Shown: positions 1-9,147 of the stretch, in pieces
How positions within the stretch are numbered: the first letter of the stretch is position 1
How the letters are laid out: each line of letters starts with the position of its first letter
Assembly: GCA_050250895.1 (NCBI GenBank)
Contig: JBFWNU010000001.1
Span: 192,001 to 256,000 of the forward strand
DNA: 64,000 nucleotides
Direction: 5' to 3'
DNA from: Vulcanimicrobiota bacterium
Lineage (GTDB): Bacteria > Vulcanimicrobiota > Xenobia > Xenobiales > JADMJV01
The notes under the pieces: generated by a model
Databases searched by the model: none
What the model was told of the DNA's origin: nothing
What the model saw: the letters and a program-made list of their open reading frames with translations, nothing else
Translations under genes and position numbers: made by a program

Positions 1-516
1 GCTCAGGTGCTCGAAGAACTCGGTCCCGCCTGGACCGAAGCGGTCTTCTGGCAACTCTCCCAGCCTCGTCGAGAAGTCTTTGACCTGGCGGCTGTCCGCC
101 AGCGGTTCAGCGGCAACTGCGCCCTCGATGAAGAGCCAGACCTGATCGCACGACGACTGCTGCAACTCTGGCTTCGCGAGGTTCGATTCAACCACACAGA
201 CTCGCTCGAGACCCTGGTCCTCATGCGACCTTCGTTAGCCTTGATGAGCCCTCAATACAAAGCCTGGGTTCTGCTGACCTCGATCCCCTCCGAAGTCGCC
301 GAGGCGGCCCTCCTGGCCGCCCCGCCAGAGGTGGCCGACTCCATTCGGACCGTGGCTCGGGGCCTTTACACCCTGACCACCAGCGAGCGAATCCGAGCCG
401 ACTTCTTTAGCAGCCCCGGAGCGCTACTGGCGCTGTCGAATCCCGAGCAGCTGATGGCCCAGCTGCTGAGTCGTTGGTTTTTGCCGGTTGCGCTCCAGGC
501 CTGCCTGGCGAGGTAG
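1..516 (+). CDS. Hypothetical protein, C-terminal part (runs off the window start)
   Basis: Open frame from the window edge to TAG at 516 with GC-rich coding bias; no recognisable motif. Confidence 0.6.
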   Translation, partial: AQVLEELGPAWTEAVFWQLSQPRREVFDLAAVRQRFSGNCALDEEPDLIARRLLQLWLREVRFNHTDSLETLVLMRPSLALMSPQYKAWVLLTSIPSEVAEAALLAAPPEVADSIRTVARGLYTLTTSERIRADFFSSPGALLALSNPEQLMAQLLSRWFLPVALQACLAR

Positions 517-613
517 GTGCCGTCCGGATGCCCTGCTGGTGTCCCCGAGAAGGAGCCGGTTCGCTGGTCCTGGTCTTAGACTAGACCCAGCACTCTAAAT
601 GATGGAGGGACTT

Positions 614-1105
614 ATGAAAGTCAAAACACTCGACGAGTTGTTGGTCCATGAACTCAAGGATCTGTACAACGCCGAGAACCGAATCACCAAAGCTCTGCCC
701 AAGATGGCCGAAGCGGCCAGCGATCCCGAACTGGCTCAGGCCTTTCGCGACCACCTCGAGGAGACCCGCAACCAGGTAGCCAGGTTGGAAAGGATCTTCG
801 CGGGCCTCGACTACGAGCCCGGCGGCCAAAAGTGCGAAGCCAGTGAGGGCCTCATCTCTGAAGGAGACGAGATCATCAAAGAACTCGATAAAGGAGCCGT
901 GCGAGACGCCGCCCTGATCGGCGCCGCCCAGCGAGTCGAACACTACGAAATGGCCGGCTACGGGACCGCTCGCACCTATGCCCAAATCCTGGGCAAAAAA
1001 GAGGCCATGCAGTTGCTCCAAGAGACCCTCGACGAGGAAGGCGAAGCCAACAAAAAGCTCAACGCTTTGGCCCAACGCATCAATCAGAAAGCTCTCTCGG
1101 TATAA
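614..1105 (+). CDS. yciF: Ferritin-like DUF892/YciF stress protein
   Basis: Motifs ELKDLYNAE, HLEETRNQV and AQRVEHYEMAGYG; SD GGAGG before ATG 614. Confidence 0.92.
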   Translation: MKVKTLDELLVHELKDLYNAENRITKALPKMAEAASDPELAQAFRDHLEETRNQVARLERIFAGLDYEPGGQKCEASEGLISEGDEIIKELDKGAVRDAALIGAAQRVEHYEMAGYGTARTYAQILGKKEAMQLLQETLDEEGEANKKLNALAQRINQKALSV

Positions 1106-1128
1106 TCCCGACGTGCCGGCGGTCTCGC

Positions 1129-2097
1129 CTAGTCGCGGCTGACCGGCACTTCGAAGCCGCCCACATCGACAAAGTCCCAGTCGGTGGCTACTTCGCCCGC
1201 CTCGGGCGCCTTACCCAATACCCGGCGGGTTTCTTGGATGTCCTCCAGCTGAGGCTGCCAACGGTCGAGGGTGTCGCGCAACAGGGCTGGGCGATCGTCA
1301 TCCTGGACCATAATCCCGCCCAGTAAGAGGCCTCCCATGCCGATCAGACCCGGCAATTGCAGGCCCGGCACGAAGAGGCAACTCAAGGTGGATACTCCAG
1401 CCCCGATCAGACAAGCGTTCTTGATCTTCTCCTGGCGAACCTGAGTCGCTTTGATGGCCTGGCGCATCTCGTCGAGGGTGTCACCCTTGCCCTTATGCAC
1501 CCGAGCCAGGTCATCTTCCACCTGAGCCAGAGCGTTGCCGGCCCCATCGCTATCCTGATGAGCCTTCAGCCAGTCTCGGGCCGAGGTCATGATCTGCACC
1601 AATTCTTGCCGGTTGGATTGGGGCGGGTGGGAGTTGAGTTCTTGCACCAGCTCGGCCTCGGCGCGAGCGTCGCTCGGCTGTTGATGGCGCAGCTGCTGGC
1701 TCCAGTAGGACAAAGTGTGCTGCTTTCTCCAGGCCTCGTCGACCTTATCGCCCGTCATTCCGCCGGTCACCATCAGCCCGACCGCGCCCACTACGCTCCC
1801 CAGTCGCAAGAGCATATGAGCCACGCTGGTCGGGCCAGGATTGAGGGTAAAGTCGACGGCCAGGGCCCCCATCAGACCCAAACCCGCCATCAGACAGGTG
1901 TGCTTCTTGCGGCTAAACCCCTGGCGCTCGAGTTGCAACAAGTGAAGCGTCTCACCGACGCTCGAACCCGGCATGGCCTCGATGGTGGCGGCGTCTTGCT
2001 GTTCTCGCCATGGAGAAATCCCCTGCGCTTGCTTCTCTTGGGCGCGCTGGCGGATGGTGGCGACCATACTCTCGCGAGAGCCGGACATGACTCGCAT
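1129..2097 (-). CDS. Orphan membrane protein with two repeated hydrophobic hairpins (effector-like)
   Basis: 322 aa; internal duplication (KKHTCLMAGLGL..TLSYWSQQL vs KIKNACLIGAGV..TLDRWQPQL); leaderless start 6 nt after TAGAGT. Confidence 0.75.
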   Translation of the reverse strand: MRVMSGSRESMVATIRQRAQEKQAQGISPWREQQDAATIEAMPGSSVGETLHLLQLERQGFSRKKHTCLMAGLGLMGALAVDFTLNPGPTSVAHMLLRLGSVVGAVGLMVTGGMTGDKVDEAWRKQHTLSYWSQQLRHQQPSDARAEAELVQELNSHPPQSNRQELVQIMTSARDWLKAHQDSDGAGNALAQVEDDLARVHKGKGDTLDEMRQAIKATQVRQEKIKNACLIGAGVSTLSCLFVPGLQLPGLIGMGGLLLGGIMVQDDDRPALLRDTLDRWQPQLEDIQETRRVLGKAPEAGEVATDWDFVDVGGFEVPVSRD

Positions 2098-2103
2098 GCT
2101 CTT

Positions 2104-2136
2104 ACTCTAGACCAGCCCCCTGAAAAGGCTATGAAA
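2104..2136 (-). promoter_or_regulatory. Direct-repeat promoter TTTCA-N6-TTTCA-N11-TAGAGT
   Basis: Read directly; same geometry at five other loci in the window. Confidence 0.7.
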
Positions 2137-2140
2137 GACT

Positions 2141-3448
2141 CTAGACAGCCTCGATGGGCACTGGTTCGACCGGCTCATAGTCGGTGAGGATATGCTCGAA
2201 CTCTTGCTTGAACTGCTCGGGCGAGACGTGAGCGGATGAAGCCAGCCGGCGCAGCGTCTCGGCGTTATCGAGATCAGAGCGATTGAGGCGAATCATGTAC
2301 TCGCGGGCGATGCGGAAGGACAGGCTATCGGTGTCGACCGCCCGGATGCGGGTCTTGCCGGTTTCGGCGTCTTGCAGCTCTTGGAAGGTCATGGGCACGA
2401 ACTTGTCGCCCTGGATGGTGATCATGGCGTTGGAGCCGCCGTTCTCGAGAAAGTCGACCGCTCCGAAGCCGAGATTGCGGGTGTAGTCGATATCAAAGGC
2501 GCAAGGCGGTACGCAGCGCAGTTCATAGCCGATCTCTTGATCGATCACCCGCAAGTCGATGCCAAACTCGCTCAGACGCTTGCGCAGGGCGAACTTGAGA
2601 ATGTCCGAAAAATTGAGTTCGGAGAGGCGAAGATGACCATGCTCATCGTGCTCGATGAACTGGTGGGCCGTGAGCAACCGCTTGAGTTCTTCCTCGTTGA
2701 GAAACTCGAGAAAGCCCTCGGCCACGATGGCCACACCGTGTGGGCGGCCCATGGCCATGCGCTTGATGACCGAACCGGCGATGGTATCGACGATCAGCGG
2801 CAGGCTGATGCGATTGGGAAACTCCTCGGGAATCAAGGTCAGGGTGGCCGAAGCAGATTTGCCGATGCCCAGAGCCAGATGGCCGGTCTTGCGCCCCATG
2901 GCTACCACCACGAACCAGCGCCCGGTGGCTCGGGCGTCGGTGAAGTAGGTGCTCACCATACGAGCTCCCTCGGAGCGGGCCGTCTCGAAGCCGAAGGTCG
3001 GCACGCCGGCCGGCAGGGGCAGGTCGTTGTCGATGGTCTTGGGCACATGACAGAAAGAAAGCTCATGATTGAGATACTTGCGCGAGTATTCGGCCACGGT
3101 GGTAGCCGAGAACAGGGTATCATCACCGCCGATGGTCACGAGGTGGGTGATTCCGATATCTTTGAGCGTCTCGACGGTATTGCGCAGATGGACATCGTTC
3201 TTGGTGGGATTGGCCCTGGAAGTGTGCAGGATGCTGCCGCCGCGCCGATGGATGCGAGTGACCTTGGGGATGGTCAAGAATTCGATCTTGGTATTGCCGT
3301 CCATGAGATGCTTGAAGCCATCATAGATCCCGATGACGGTATGACCCCGTTTGGTGGCCTCGATCGTGACCGAACTGATCACCGAGTTGATACCCGGCGC
3401 CGGACCGCCGCCCACCAGGATGCCGTATCGCTTGCTCTCTGCTTTCAT
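2141..3448 (-). CDS. pfp: Pyrophosphate-dependent 6-phosphofructokinase
   Basis: GGGPAPGIN, GGDD (PPi-type Asp), PKTIDND, MGR and GYELR motifs; start taken at MKAESK. Confidence 0.9.
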   Translation of the reverse strand: MKAESKRYGILVGGGPAPGINSVISSVTIEATKRGHTVIGIYDGFKHLMDGNTKIEFLTIPKVTRIHRRGGSILHTSRANPTKNDVHLRNTVETLKDIGITHLVTIGGDDTLFSATTVAEYSRKYLNHELSFCHVPKTIDNDLPLPAGVPTFGFETARSEGARMVSTYFTDARATGRWFVVVAMGRKTGHLALGIGKSASATLTLIPEEFPNRISLPLIVDTIAGSVIKRMAMGRPHGVAIVAEGFLEFLNEEELKRLLTAHQFIEHDEHGHLRLSELNFSDILKFALRKRLSEFGIDLRVIDQEIGYELRCVPPCAFDIDYTRNLGFGAVDFLENGGSNAMITIQGDKFVPMTFQELQDAETGKTRIRAVDTDSLSFRIAREYMIRLNRSDLDNAETLRRLASSAHVSPEQFKQEFEHILTDYEPVEPVPIEAV

Positions 3449-3527
3449 ATGGGCCCAAGCTTCTGCCCGTGGTAAAGCGGGACCTCCTGGGGAGGAATGC
3501 AAGCTGTCTAGCCAAAAGGGCCCGCCC

Positions 3528-4313
3528 ATGCAGACCATCACCTTAGAAATTTCGGCGGGTGTTGCCCGTCTTACCCTCAACCGGCCCGAAGTGCACAACG
3601 CCTTCAACGAGACTGTCATTCGCGAGCTCGACATGGCCATCACCGACCTGGGTCAGGACCCCAACGTTCGGGTGATTGTGCTGCGCGGCGCCGGCAAATC
3701 GTTTTCGGCCGGGGCCGACATCGACTGGATGCGCTCTCAAGCCCACGCCACCGATGACGAGAACCGCGCCTCGGGGGCAAAAATGGCCGGCCTATTCACC
3801 ACCATCGACCACTGCCCCAAGCCGATCGTGGCCGGCATCCAGGGCGCCGCCCTGGGTGGGGGCAGCGGGCTGACCTGCTGCGTCGACATCGCCATCGCCG
3901 CTCCCAACGCCCTGTTCGGCTTCACTGAGGTTCGCCTGGGCATTATTCCGGCCGTCATCTCGCCTTTCGTGATGCGCCGCCTGGGCTATTCCGAGGCTCG
4001 AGCCCGCTTTTTGACCGGCAGTCGGTTTGGGGCCGAAGAAGCCCTGCGCATCGGCATGGTCCACGCGGTAGCCGATGACCTCGATGCCGAGGTGGAGAAA
4101 ACGGTGCAAGAGTTGCTGGCCGGTGCCACCGGAGCCCACGCGGCCACTAAGGCCTTGATTCGTGAAATCTGGGACACCCCCCATCACCAGCAGTTGCCCA
4201 TCACGGCTGAGGCGACAGCCAAAGCACGGGCTTCAGCCGAAGGGAAAGAGGGGCTGTCGGCCTTTCTCGACAAGCGCAAGCCTAACTGGCATCCCCAGGC
4301 GGCCGTACGCTAA
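3528..4313 (+). CDS. Enoyl-CoA hydratase/isomerase (methylglutaconyl-CoA hydratase-like)
   Basis: LNRPEVHNAF, FSAGAD, GAALGGG, EVRLGIIPA and EGLSAFLDKRKP motifs. Confidence 0.9.
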   Translation: MQTITLEISAGVARLTLNRPEVHNAFNETVIRELDMAITDLGQDPNVRVIVLRGAGKSFSAGADIDWMRSQAHATDDENRASGAKMAGLFTTIDHCPKPIVAGIQGAALGGGSGLTCCVDIAIAAPNALFGFTEVRLGIIPAVISPFVMRRLGYSEARARFLTGSRFGAEEALRIGMVHAVADDLDAEVEKTVQELLAGATGAHAATKALIREIWDTPHHQQLPITAEATAKARASAEGKEGLSAFLDKRKPNWHPQAAVR

Positions 4314-4321
4314 AGGTCGAT

Positions 4322-4377
4322 AAAAGCAGAAAAACCTCCGGGTTCCGTCCGAAGGCTCTTCGATGCGACTCATCGCT
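4322..4377 (-). ncRNA. Putative small RNA of about 55 nt
   Basis: Lies between a TTGACA-17-TAACTT promoter and a hairpin followed by a U-tract (CCTTCGG..CCGGAGG TTTTTCTGCTTTT). Confidence 0.5.
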
Positions 4378-4382
4378 CACGC

Positions 4383-4411
4383 AAGTTACCACGAGTCAGC
4401 CGATCTGTCAA
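4383..4411 (-). promoter_or_regulatory. Sigma70 promoter TTGACA-N17-TAACTT with extended TG
   Basis: -35 at 4406-4411 and -10 at 4383-4388 on the minus strand. Confidence 0.7.
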
Positions 4412-4429
4412 GGCCCCCGGCAGCAATCC

Positions 4430-4462
4430 GTTAAGGCTGATTTCAGAGCGGCCTATTAAGGT
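4430..4462 (+). promoter_or_regulatory. Direct-repeat promoter GTTAA-N6-TTTCA-N11-TAAGGT
   Basis: Read directly; shared geometry. Confidence 0.65.
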
Positions 4463-4497
4463 TTGGTCATCAACTTCCGTGCAGGAGACCACGACCG

Positions 4498-4743
4498 ATG
4501 ATCAAGCCTTTCGCTTTTAACACCCCGAGCCTGGCCGCCACCGGCAGCAAACCCCCCGCCGACAAACCTGAGGCCGACCCTTTCCTGGATTGCGTCCAGG
4601 TCAAAACCACGGTGACCTTCGATAAGCCGTTCACCATGGAAGATCTGGCCAAGGCGATGCGCAAGAACGAGGACGGCAGCATCACGTTTAGCTTTGGTGA
4701 GGATTCTGGTGCTCACGTCGTCCACCACGACCAGGACAAGTAG
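4498..4743 (+). CDS. Small hypothetical protein with Pro/Ala-rich leader
   Basis: 81 aa; SD AGGAG; good codon bias. Confidence 0.7.
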   Translation: MIKPFAFNTPSLAATGSKPPADKPEADPFLDCVQVKTTVTFDKPFTMEDLAKAMRKNEDGSITFSFGEDSGAHVVHHDQDK

Positions 4744-4748
4744 CCCCG

Positions 4749-4781
4749 CTTAACGCCCGTTTGACGCCGGACGGATAGGCT
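4749..4781 (+). promoter_or_regulatory. Direct-repeat promoter CTTAA-N6-TTTGA-N11-TAGGCT
   Basis: Read directly; ATG 7 nt downstream (leaderless). Confidence 0.65.
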
Positions 4782-4788
4782 CGTGTCG

Positions 4789-5844
4789 ATGAGAATCGAG
4801 CCCGTCCGTCCTCGCTATGTACAGCCCGGCTCGCTGGTGGTCAGCGATTTCTTCGATGGTCATGGGGGGCCGACCCACGGTGATATCGTGGAGCAATCGG
4901 CCCGCGACCTCGGCTTCACCGGCACCATCGAGCGACATCAGGCCGAGCGCACCCATGAGATGGTGCTGGCGGATCGCTTCTTTTCGCGTCTCGACAATCG
5001 CAACTTCACCCCCGACGAGATGCGGGCTTTCGTCTATGACTATGCCCTCAATCGTCAGGTGGGAGAACTCAAATCGGCCAGCCTCGAGCTGCAGAGCCTG
5101 GGCGAGGCCCGCAATTCGGTGCTTAACCTCAGCCGCGGCTGGGGACAAGCCCAGGTGGTCGAGGCCATCTATAGCCGGCTGCGCCTGGCCTGGGACGTGT
5201 CGGCTTATCCTCAAGACAAGATCGTAGCTCGACGGCGGCTGGCCAAGATTGCGCCGGCCCTTGGCCTGGATGCCGAGCGGGTGCAACAGCGAGGTCCCGA
5301 GCGCAATCGGCTGCAACAGGCGCTGATCGATCTGGTGGCAGGTAGCGCTTGCGACCACCGCTTGACCGAGGCCCAGCAAGCCTACGATCAACTGGTGCAC
5401 GCCTTTGAATCAGGCCATAACTCGGTAGTGGTGGCCGCCGCCAACTCGGGCGAGATCCTGCCCATGATGCACGAAGACGGAGGTCAGCCCAACCTGCCCC
5501 CTGGCTTTTTCAACAACCGCCTGGCTAACCCCGAGACCACCACCGTGGGCGCCACTCGTTGCTACGGCGGCTCCGAGCGGGTGGCCGGCTACACCAACCC
5601 CGACCCGGGCATCGATGTCTACGCCGACGGGGATATCGGTCAGGCCTGGGGAACCTCGTTCGCCACCCCACGCACCGGCGGCCTGATGGCCGAGTTGCAC
5701 GGACGCAACCCCGACAAGACGAGCGCCGAGATCGAAGGCCTGGTGGCCCACGACTTCGCCGAAAACCTGCCTGACTACGACGGCTACCCCAACGCGCCGG
5801 CCCTCAATGAAGAGCAGACGCGGGAGTGGTTCAAAGCCACCTAG
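4789..5844 (+). CDS. S8 (subtilase) family serine protease without Sec signal
   Basis: Catalytic D (VSDF), H (THGDIV), oxyanion N (AAANSG) and S (GTSFATP). Confidence 0.85.
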   Translation: MRIEPVRPRYVQPGSLVVSDFFDGHGGPTHGDIVEQSARDLGFTGTIERHQAERTHEMVLADRFFSRLDNRNFTPDEMRAFVYDYALNRQVGELKSASLELQSLGEARNSVLNLSRGWGQAQVVEAIYSRLRLAWDVSAYPQDKIVARRRLAKIAPALGLDAERVQQRGPERNRLQQALIDLVAGSACDHRLTEAQQAYDQLVHAFESGHNSVVVAAANSGEILPMMHEDGGQPNLPPGFFNNRLANPETTTVGATRCYGGSERVAGYTNPDPGIDVYADGDIGQAWGTSFATPRTGGLMAELHGRNPDKTSAEIEGLVAHDFAENLPDYDGYPNAPALNEEQTREWFKAT

Positions 5845-5876
5845 GTTCCCGGTCGGCTGGCGGCGAAACTTACGCC

Positions 5877-7283
5877 ATGGCCATCACCTATCTGCTCGAA
5901 CGCCGTCGTCGCCTGCTCGACAGCAAGCTTGACGAGAACCTCATGGCCGGCGTCGGTGTGGTCGGTGTGCTTTTCTTTCTGGTGCCGATGCTCATTGGCG
6001 AAGTCCACTGGAAGTGGGGGGTCTTCGCCATCAGTCTGGGGCTGGGTTGCCTGGCCTGTGCCTTCGCCTACGCCACCTGGCAGATTTGGCGCTACGGCTC
6101 GATCTGGGCCGAATTGCAGGCCGGACGCGGCCTGGAAGAGTTGGCCGCAACCCCGGCCGATCTGACGCAGATGGTCGACCAGACGGCCGCCTATACGGTC
6201 AAACGGGCGCTCAAAGTGGTCGGTGTTCCTTTGCTAGCCCTGGTGGTGGGCTTGTTGGTGTCGGAGGCCCCGGTGGGCCTGATGGCCCTCGCCTTCTTTG
6301 CCGTTTTAGGCATCTCGCTGGCCTACACGGTTCAGGCCTGGTCGAGTTGGAGCGCTCTAGCCTGGTATTGGAGCATCTTCGGCATCCCCATCGCCTATGA
6401 GTGCCTGGCCGGCTGTATGGGCTTCACGGTGGGCCTTTCGGCGGTCACCGAGGTGGAGCTGCTATTCTGGCTCACCATCCCCATCGCCCTGGCCGGGATG
6501 GTCCTCATCCCCCGCTGCTTGACGCTGCTCGGCTTGCGCCATCGCGAGGATGTGCGCGCCAGGCTGGCCCGGCTTAGCTTTCGCGACCGCCGGCCTGTGA
6601 GCCAACGCTGGTGGGACGCCAACCCCGTACTGGCGCGATTGCTGGCTCCTTACACCCGGTCCGCCGTTCGGACCGGAGTGCTGATGGGTGTGATCGGTTC
6701 GACGCTGATGGGACTTGAACTAGCCCACGAACTCTCCACCAGTGCCAACGCCTGGCTGGGACCCGGCTACACCTTGCCTCTCGATCCCGAGCCCGGCCTC
6801 AAGGCCATCTTGACCGGCTTGCTCGTTCTTTTTGCCGGTGCGGCCTTCCTAACCTATTTCCAGGTGCACCGCGAGCACCGCTCGGCTTCGCTTGAACTGG
6901 TGCAACTCGCCAATGTGCCGGCCGCCCAACTGGTGGGCGGTTGGGTGACCTGGGGTTCGCTCGGGCCCCTGCTGTTGCTCGCCTCCAGTTTGCCTGGAGT
7001 GGCCTATGGCGCCTGGATGACCGGTTGCCAGGCCCAGGCAGCCGTGCTCCTCTTGACCGCCCCCTTGCTGATCCTGGCCGGGGCCCACCTGGGCGCCGCC
7101 GCCGTGCGGCCTGGCGAGTGCAAACCAGCCTTTGTGGTGGTAGCCCTCGGGGTGCTGCTGTTCCTGGGCCTGGGCGGAGGCCAACCCAGTTTGGTCGCAC
7201 CCGGGGCCATGGCCGTCCTCTTCGTCTACGCCGTCGGGGCCCTGGTCTACGTGCGCCACAAGACCCTGCGGGCCTACAGCTGA
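5877..7283 (+). CDS. Polytopic membrane protein, ABC-2 permease-like with internal duplication
   Basis: About 12 hydrophobic segments; LEELAATP and LELVQLAN loops; NPVLARL linker. Confidence 0.7.
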   Translation: MAITYLLERRRRLLDSKLDENLMAGVGVVGVLFFLVPMLIGEVHWKWGVFAISLGLGCLACAFAYATWQIWRYGSIWAELQAGRGLEELAATPADLTQMVDQTAAYTVKRALKVVGVPLLALVVGLLVSEAPVGLMALAFFAVLGISLAYTVQAWSSWSALAWYWSIFGIPIAYECLAGCMGFTVGLSAVTEVELLFWLTIPIALAGMVLIPRCLTLLGLRHREDVRARLARLSFRDRRPVSQRWWDANPVLARLLAPYTRSAVRTGVLMGVIGSTLMGLELAHELSTSANAWLGPGYTLPLDPEPGLKAILTGLLVLFAGAAFLTYFQVHREHRSASLELVQLANVPAAQLVGGWVTWGSLGPLLLLASSLPGVAYGAWMTGCQAQAAVLLLTAPLLILAGAHLGAAAVRPGECKPAFVVVALGVLLFLGLGGGQPSLVAPGAMAVLFVYAVGALVYVRHKTLRAYS

Positions 7284-8524
7284 TGGCCATCACCTATCTC
7301 CTCGAACGCCGTCGGCGTAGCCTGGCAAAGCTGGCGCCAGAAGCTTGGGGGTGGGCGTTCTCGTGGTTGACCACTCTCACGGTCGTGGTCGAACCGCTTC
7401 GAATCCTCTGCCCGCTGGCACTCGCCGGGCTGGCCAGCTACCTGGCCACGGTGATCTGGCGCTATGCCTCGTTGTGGTTGAGCCTGCGCGACCAACAGAC
7501 CTTTGACTCTTTGGCCTCGACCTCGCTGCTACCGAGGCAGCTCGTGGACGAGGTGACCGGCTACACCCTCAAGCACATCGCGCTATTGTTCCTACTCCCG
7601 GGCCTGACCTTCGGTGGCCTGACTCTGGCCCGCCAGGCGAGCCTCGATACGCTGGCCCTGCTGGGCACCCTGATGCTGCTGCCTATAGCTATCATCTACA
7701 CTGTTCAGGTATGGACGACCTGGACCAATCTCGGCTCCGTCTGGGCGTTTTTGGGGGTGCCGTTGTCGTATAGTGGCCTGGGCCTGGCCACGCAAGCGAC
7801 GGCCCAGGGCCTGGGCCTCTCGCCCTGGCCCCTGGCGTTGTTGGCGGTCGGTGGGGTTGGATTGCTGGCCCGCTGGGGCGCGATTCGGGGCCTGAGAGTT
7901 CGTGAGCCGGCCAGAAGCCGGTCGCCGAGACCCATTTCCGTTGCGCTGTGGGACTTCAATCCGGTATTGGCCAGACTGGCAGCTCCCCTGGCCGAGCCTC
8001 GCCTGCGGGCCTTCTCTGCGCTGGGACTGGTCCTCTGGTGCCTGGGAGGGTTGCTGGCGCCCCCCTGGTTCCTGACAGTAGCGGCCTCTATCTTGTTGAT
8101 GCTGGCGGCCGGTTCCGGCTACATGCACGCCCAACAAGAGCGAGCCCGGGCCACCCTCGATGTGCTTCGCCAGACTAGCCTGAAAGCGAGCGTCCTGGTC
8201 GATGGCTGGGCGCTGGCCGCCTGGCTGCCCGCCCTGGCAATGCTGCTGGCTTTGACCCCGCGACTCCTGACGCTGTGGGCCTGGCCGAGCGTTCTGCTGG
8301 CGACAGCAGCCGCTGCCCTGACCTTGCTGCTGGCCAGTTACATCGGGGTGGGCCTGGTCCACTGGCAGGACATCATGACCGAACTGGCCCTGGTCAGTTA
8401 CGGCTTTGGGGCCTATCTCCTGACCTGCCCCGAGCAGGCCAGCAGCCTCTGGTGCCGGGTGCTGCTGCCTCTGGTGCTGCTAGCCCGCTGGCGGGTCGTC
8501 TCGGCCCACAGGGCAGGATTATAG
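7283..8524 (+). CDS. Paralogous polytopic membrane protein
   Basis: TGATG overlap with the upstream gene; identical N-terminus MAITYLLERRRR; NPVLARL linker. Confidence 0.7.
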   Translation: MAITYLLERRRRSLAKLAPEAWGWAFSWLTTLTVVVEPLRILCPLALAGLASYLATVIWRYASLWLSLRDQQTFDSLASTSLLPRQLVDEVTGYTLKHIALLFLLPGLTFGGLTLARQASLDTLALLGTLMLLPIAIIYTVQVWTTWTNLGSVWAFLGVPLSYSGLGLATQATAQGLGLSPWPLALLAVGGVGLLARWGAIRGLRVREPARSRSPRPISVALWDFNPVLARLAAPLAEPRLRAFSALGLVLWCLGGLLAPPWFLTVAASILLMLAAGSGYMHAQQERARATLDVLRQTSLKASVLVDGWALAAWLPALAMLLALTPRLLTLWAWPSVLLATAAAALTLLLASYIGVGLVHWQDIMTELALVSYGFGAYLLTCPEQASSLWCRVLLPLVLLARWRVVSAHRAGL

Positions 8525-8570
8525 GCAAATTACCACAAAGAGTCCGCCTATTATCGAGGAGGGTTCTCTT

Positions 8571-9146
8571 TTGACAGAAGACGAAAAAGAAAAGGTTTTT
8601 ACCAATCTCGTCCAGCAAAGCTGGCACTACTACGGCGAGCGATTTCGCAATAGAAAGCTCGATGAGGTCCTGTTAGGAGCGGTCATCACCGCCTACGTCA
8701 AGATCGGCTTCATGCTGATCGACCTCAACTCCGACGGCACCAATCACTTCTTGCGCTTCGAAAATCCCGATGACAACACGCGCTTGCTGGTCAAGCTCAA
8801 CAACCTCTCCGAGGATTTCATCTCGGCCAAGGTCCAGGGTCATCTGGCCGAAGTCGAAGTGGGTTACGGCGAGAAGGCCGGCAACATGTCGTCCGTCTGG
8901 AATGCCTTCAAGAACGAGTTCAAAAGCGCGTTCATCCTGACCAATGAGCCAGGCGTGGTGAGCTTTGACGCCGATATCACCGGCGGCTACATCTACGCCA
9001 ACCTGCCCCTGATCCTCAATCTCGACAACTATCTCGAATCGCACTACTCGATCAAGGTCGCCGACCTCACCCGCGACCTCGATTGTGTCGTTCACTCGCT
9101 CCGCAAGTATCTGCGGGGACGTCTCAATATCGCGGCGGGGGTGTAA
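8571..9146 (+). CDS. Hypothetical soluble protein (paralog of the next gene)
   Basis: SD GAGGAGG and TTG start; strong codon bias. Confidence 0.8.
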   Translation: MTEDEKEKVFTNLVQQSWHYYGERFRNRKLDEVLLGAVITAYVKIGFMLIDLNSDGTNHFLRFENPDDNTRLLVKLNNLSEDFISAKVQGHLAEVEVGYGEKAGNMSSVWNAFKNEFKSAFILTNEPGVVSFDADITGGYIYANLPLILNLDNYLESHYSIKVADLTRDLDCVVHSLRKYLRGRLNIAAGV

Positions 9147-9147
9147 A

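Noticed and set aside
2372-3475. Long antisense ORFs such as 2372-3475, 23589-25106, 36450-37568 and 55851-57659
   Set aside because: They are shadow frames opposite well-supported genes, as expected at high GC
4340-4377. Fluoride riboswitch, suggested by the GCGATG..TCGC start
   Set aside because: The conserved GCUGAUGAC 3' element is missing and there is no downstream fluoride-related gene
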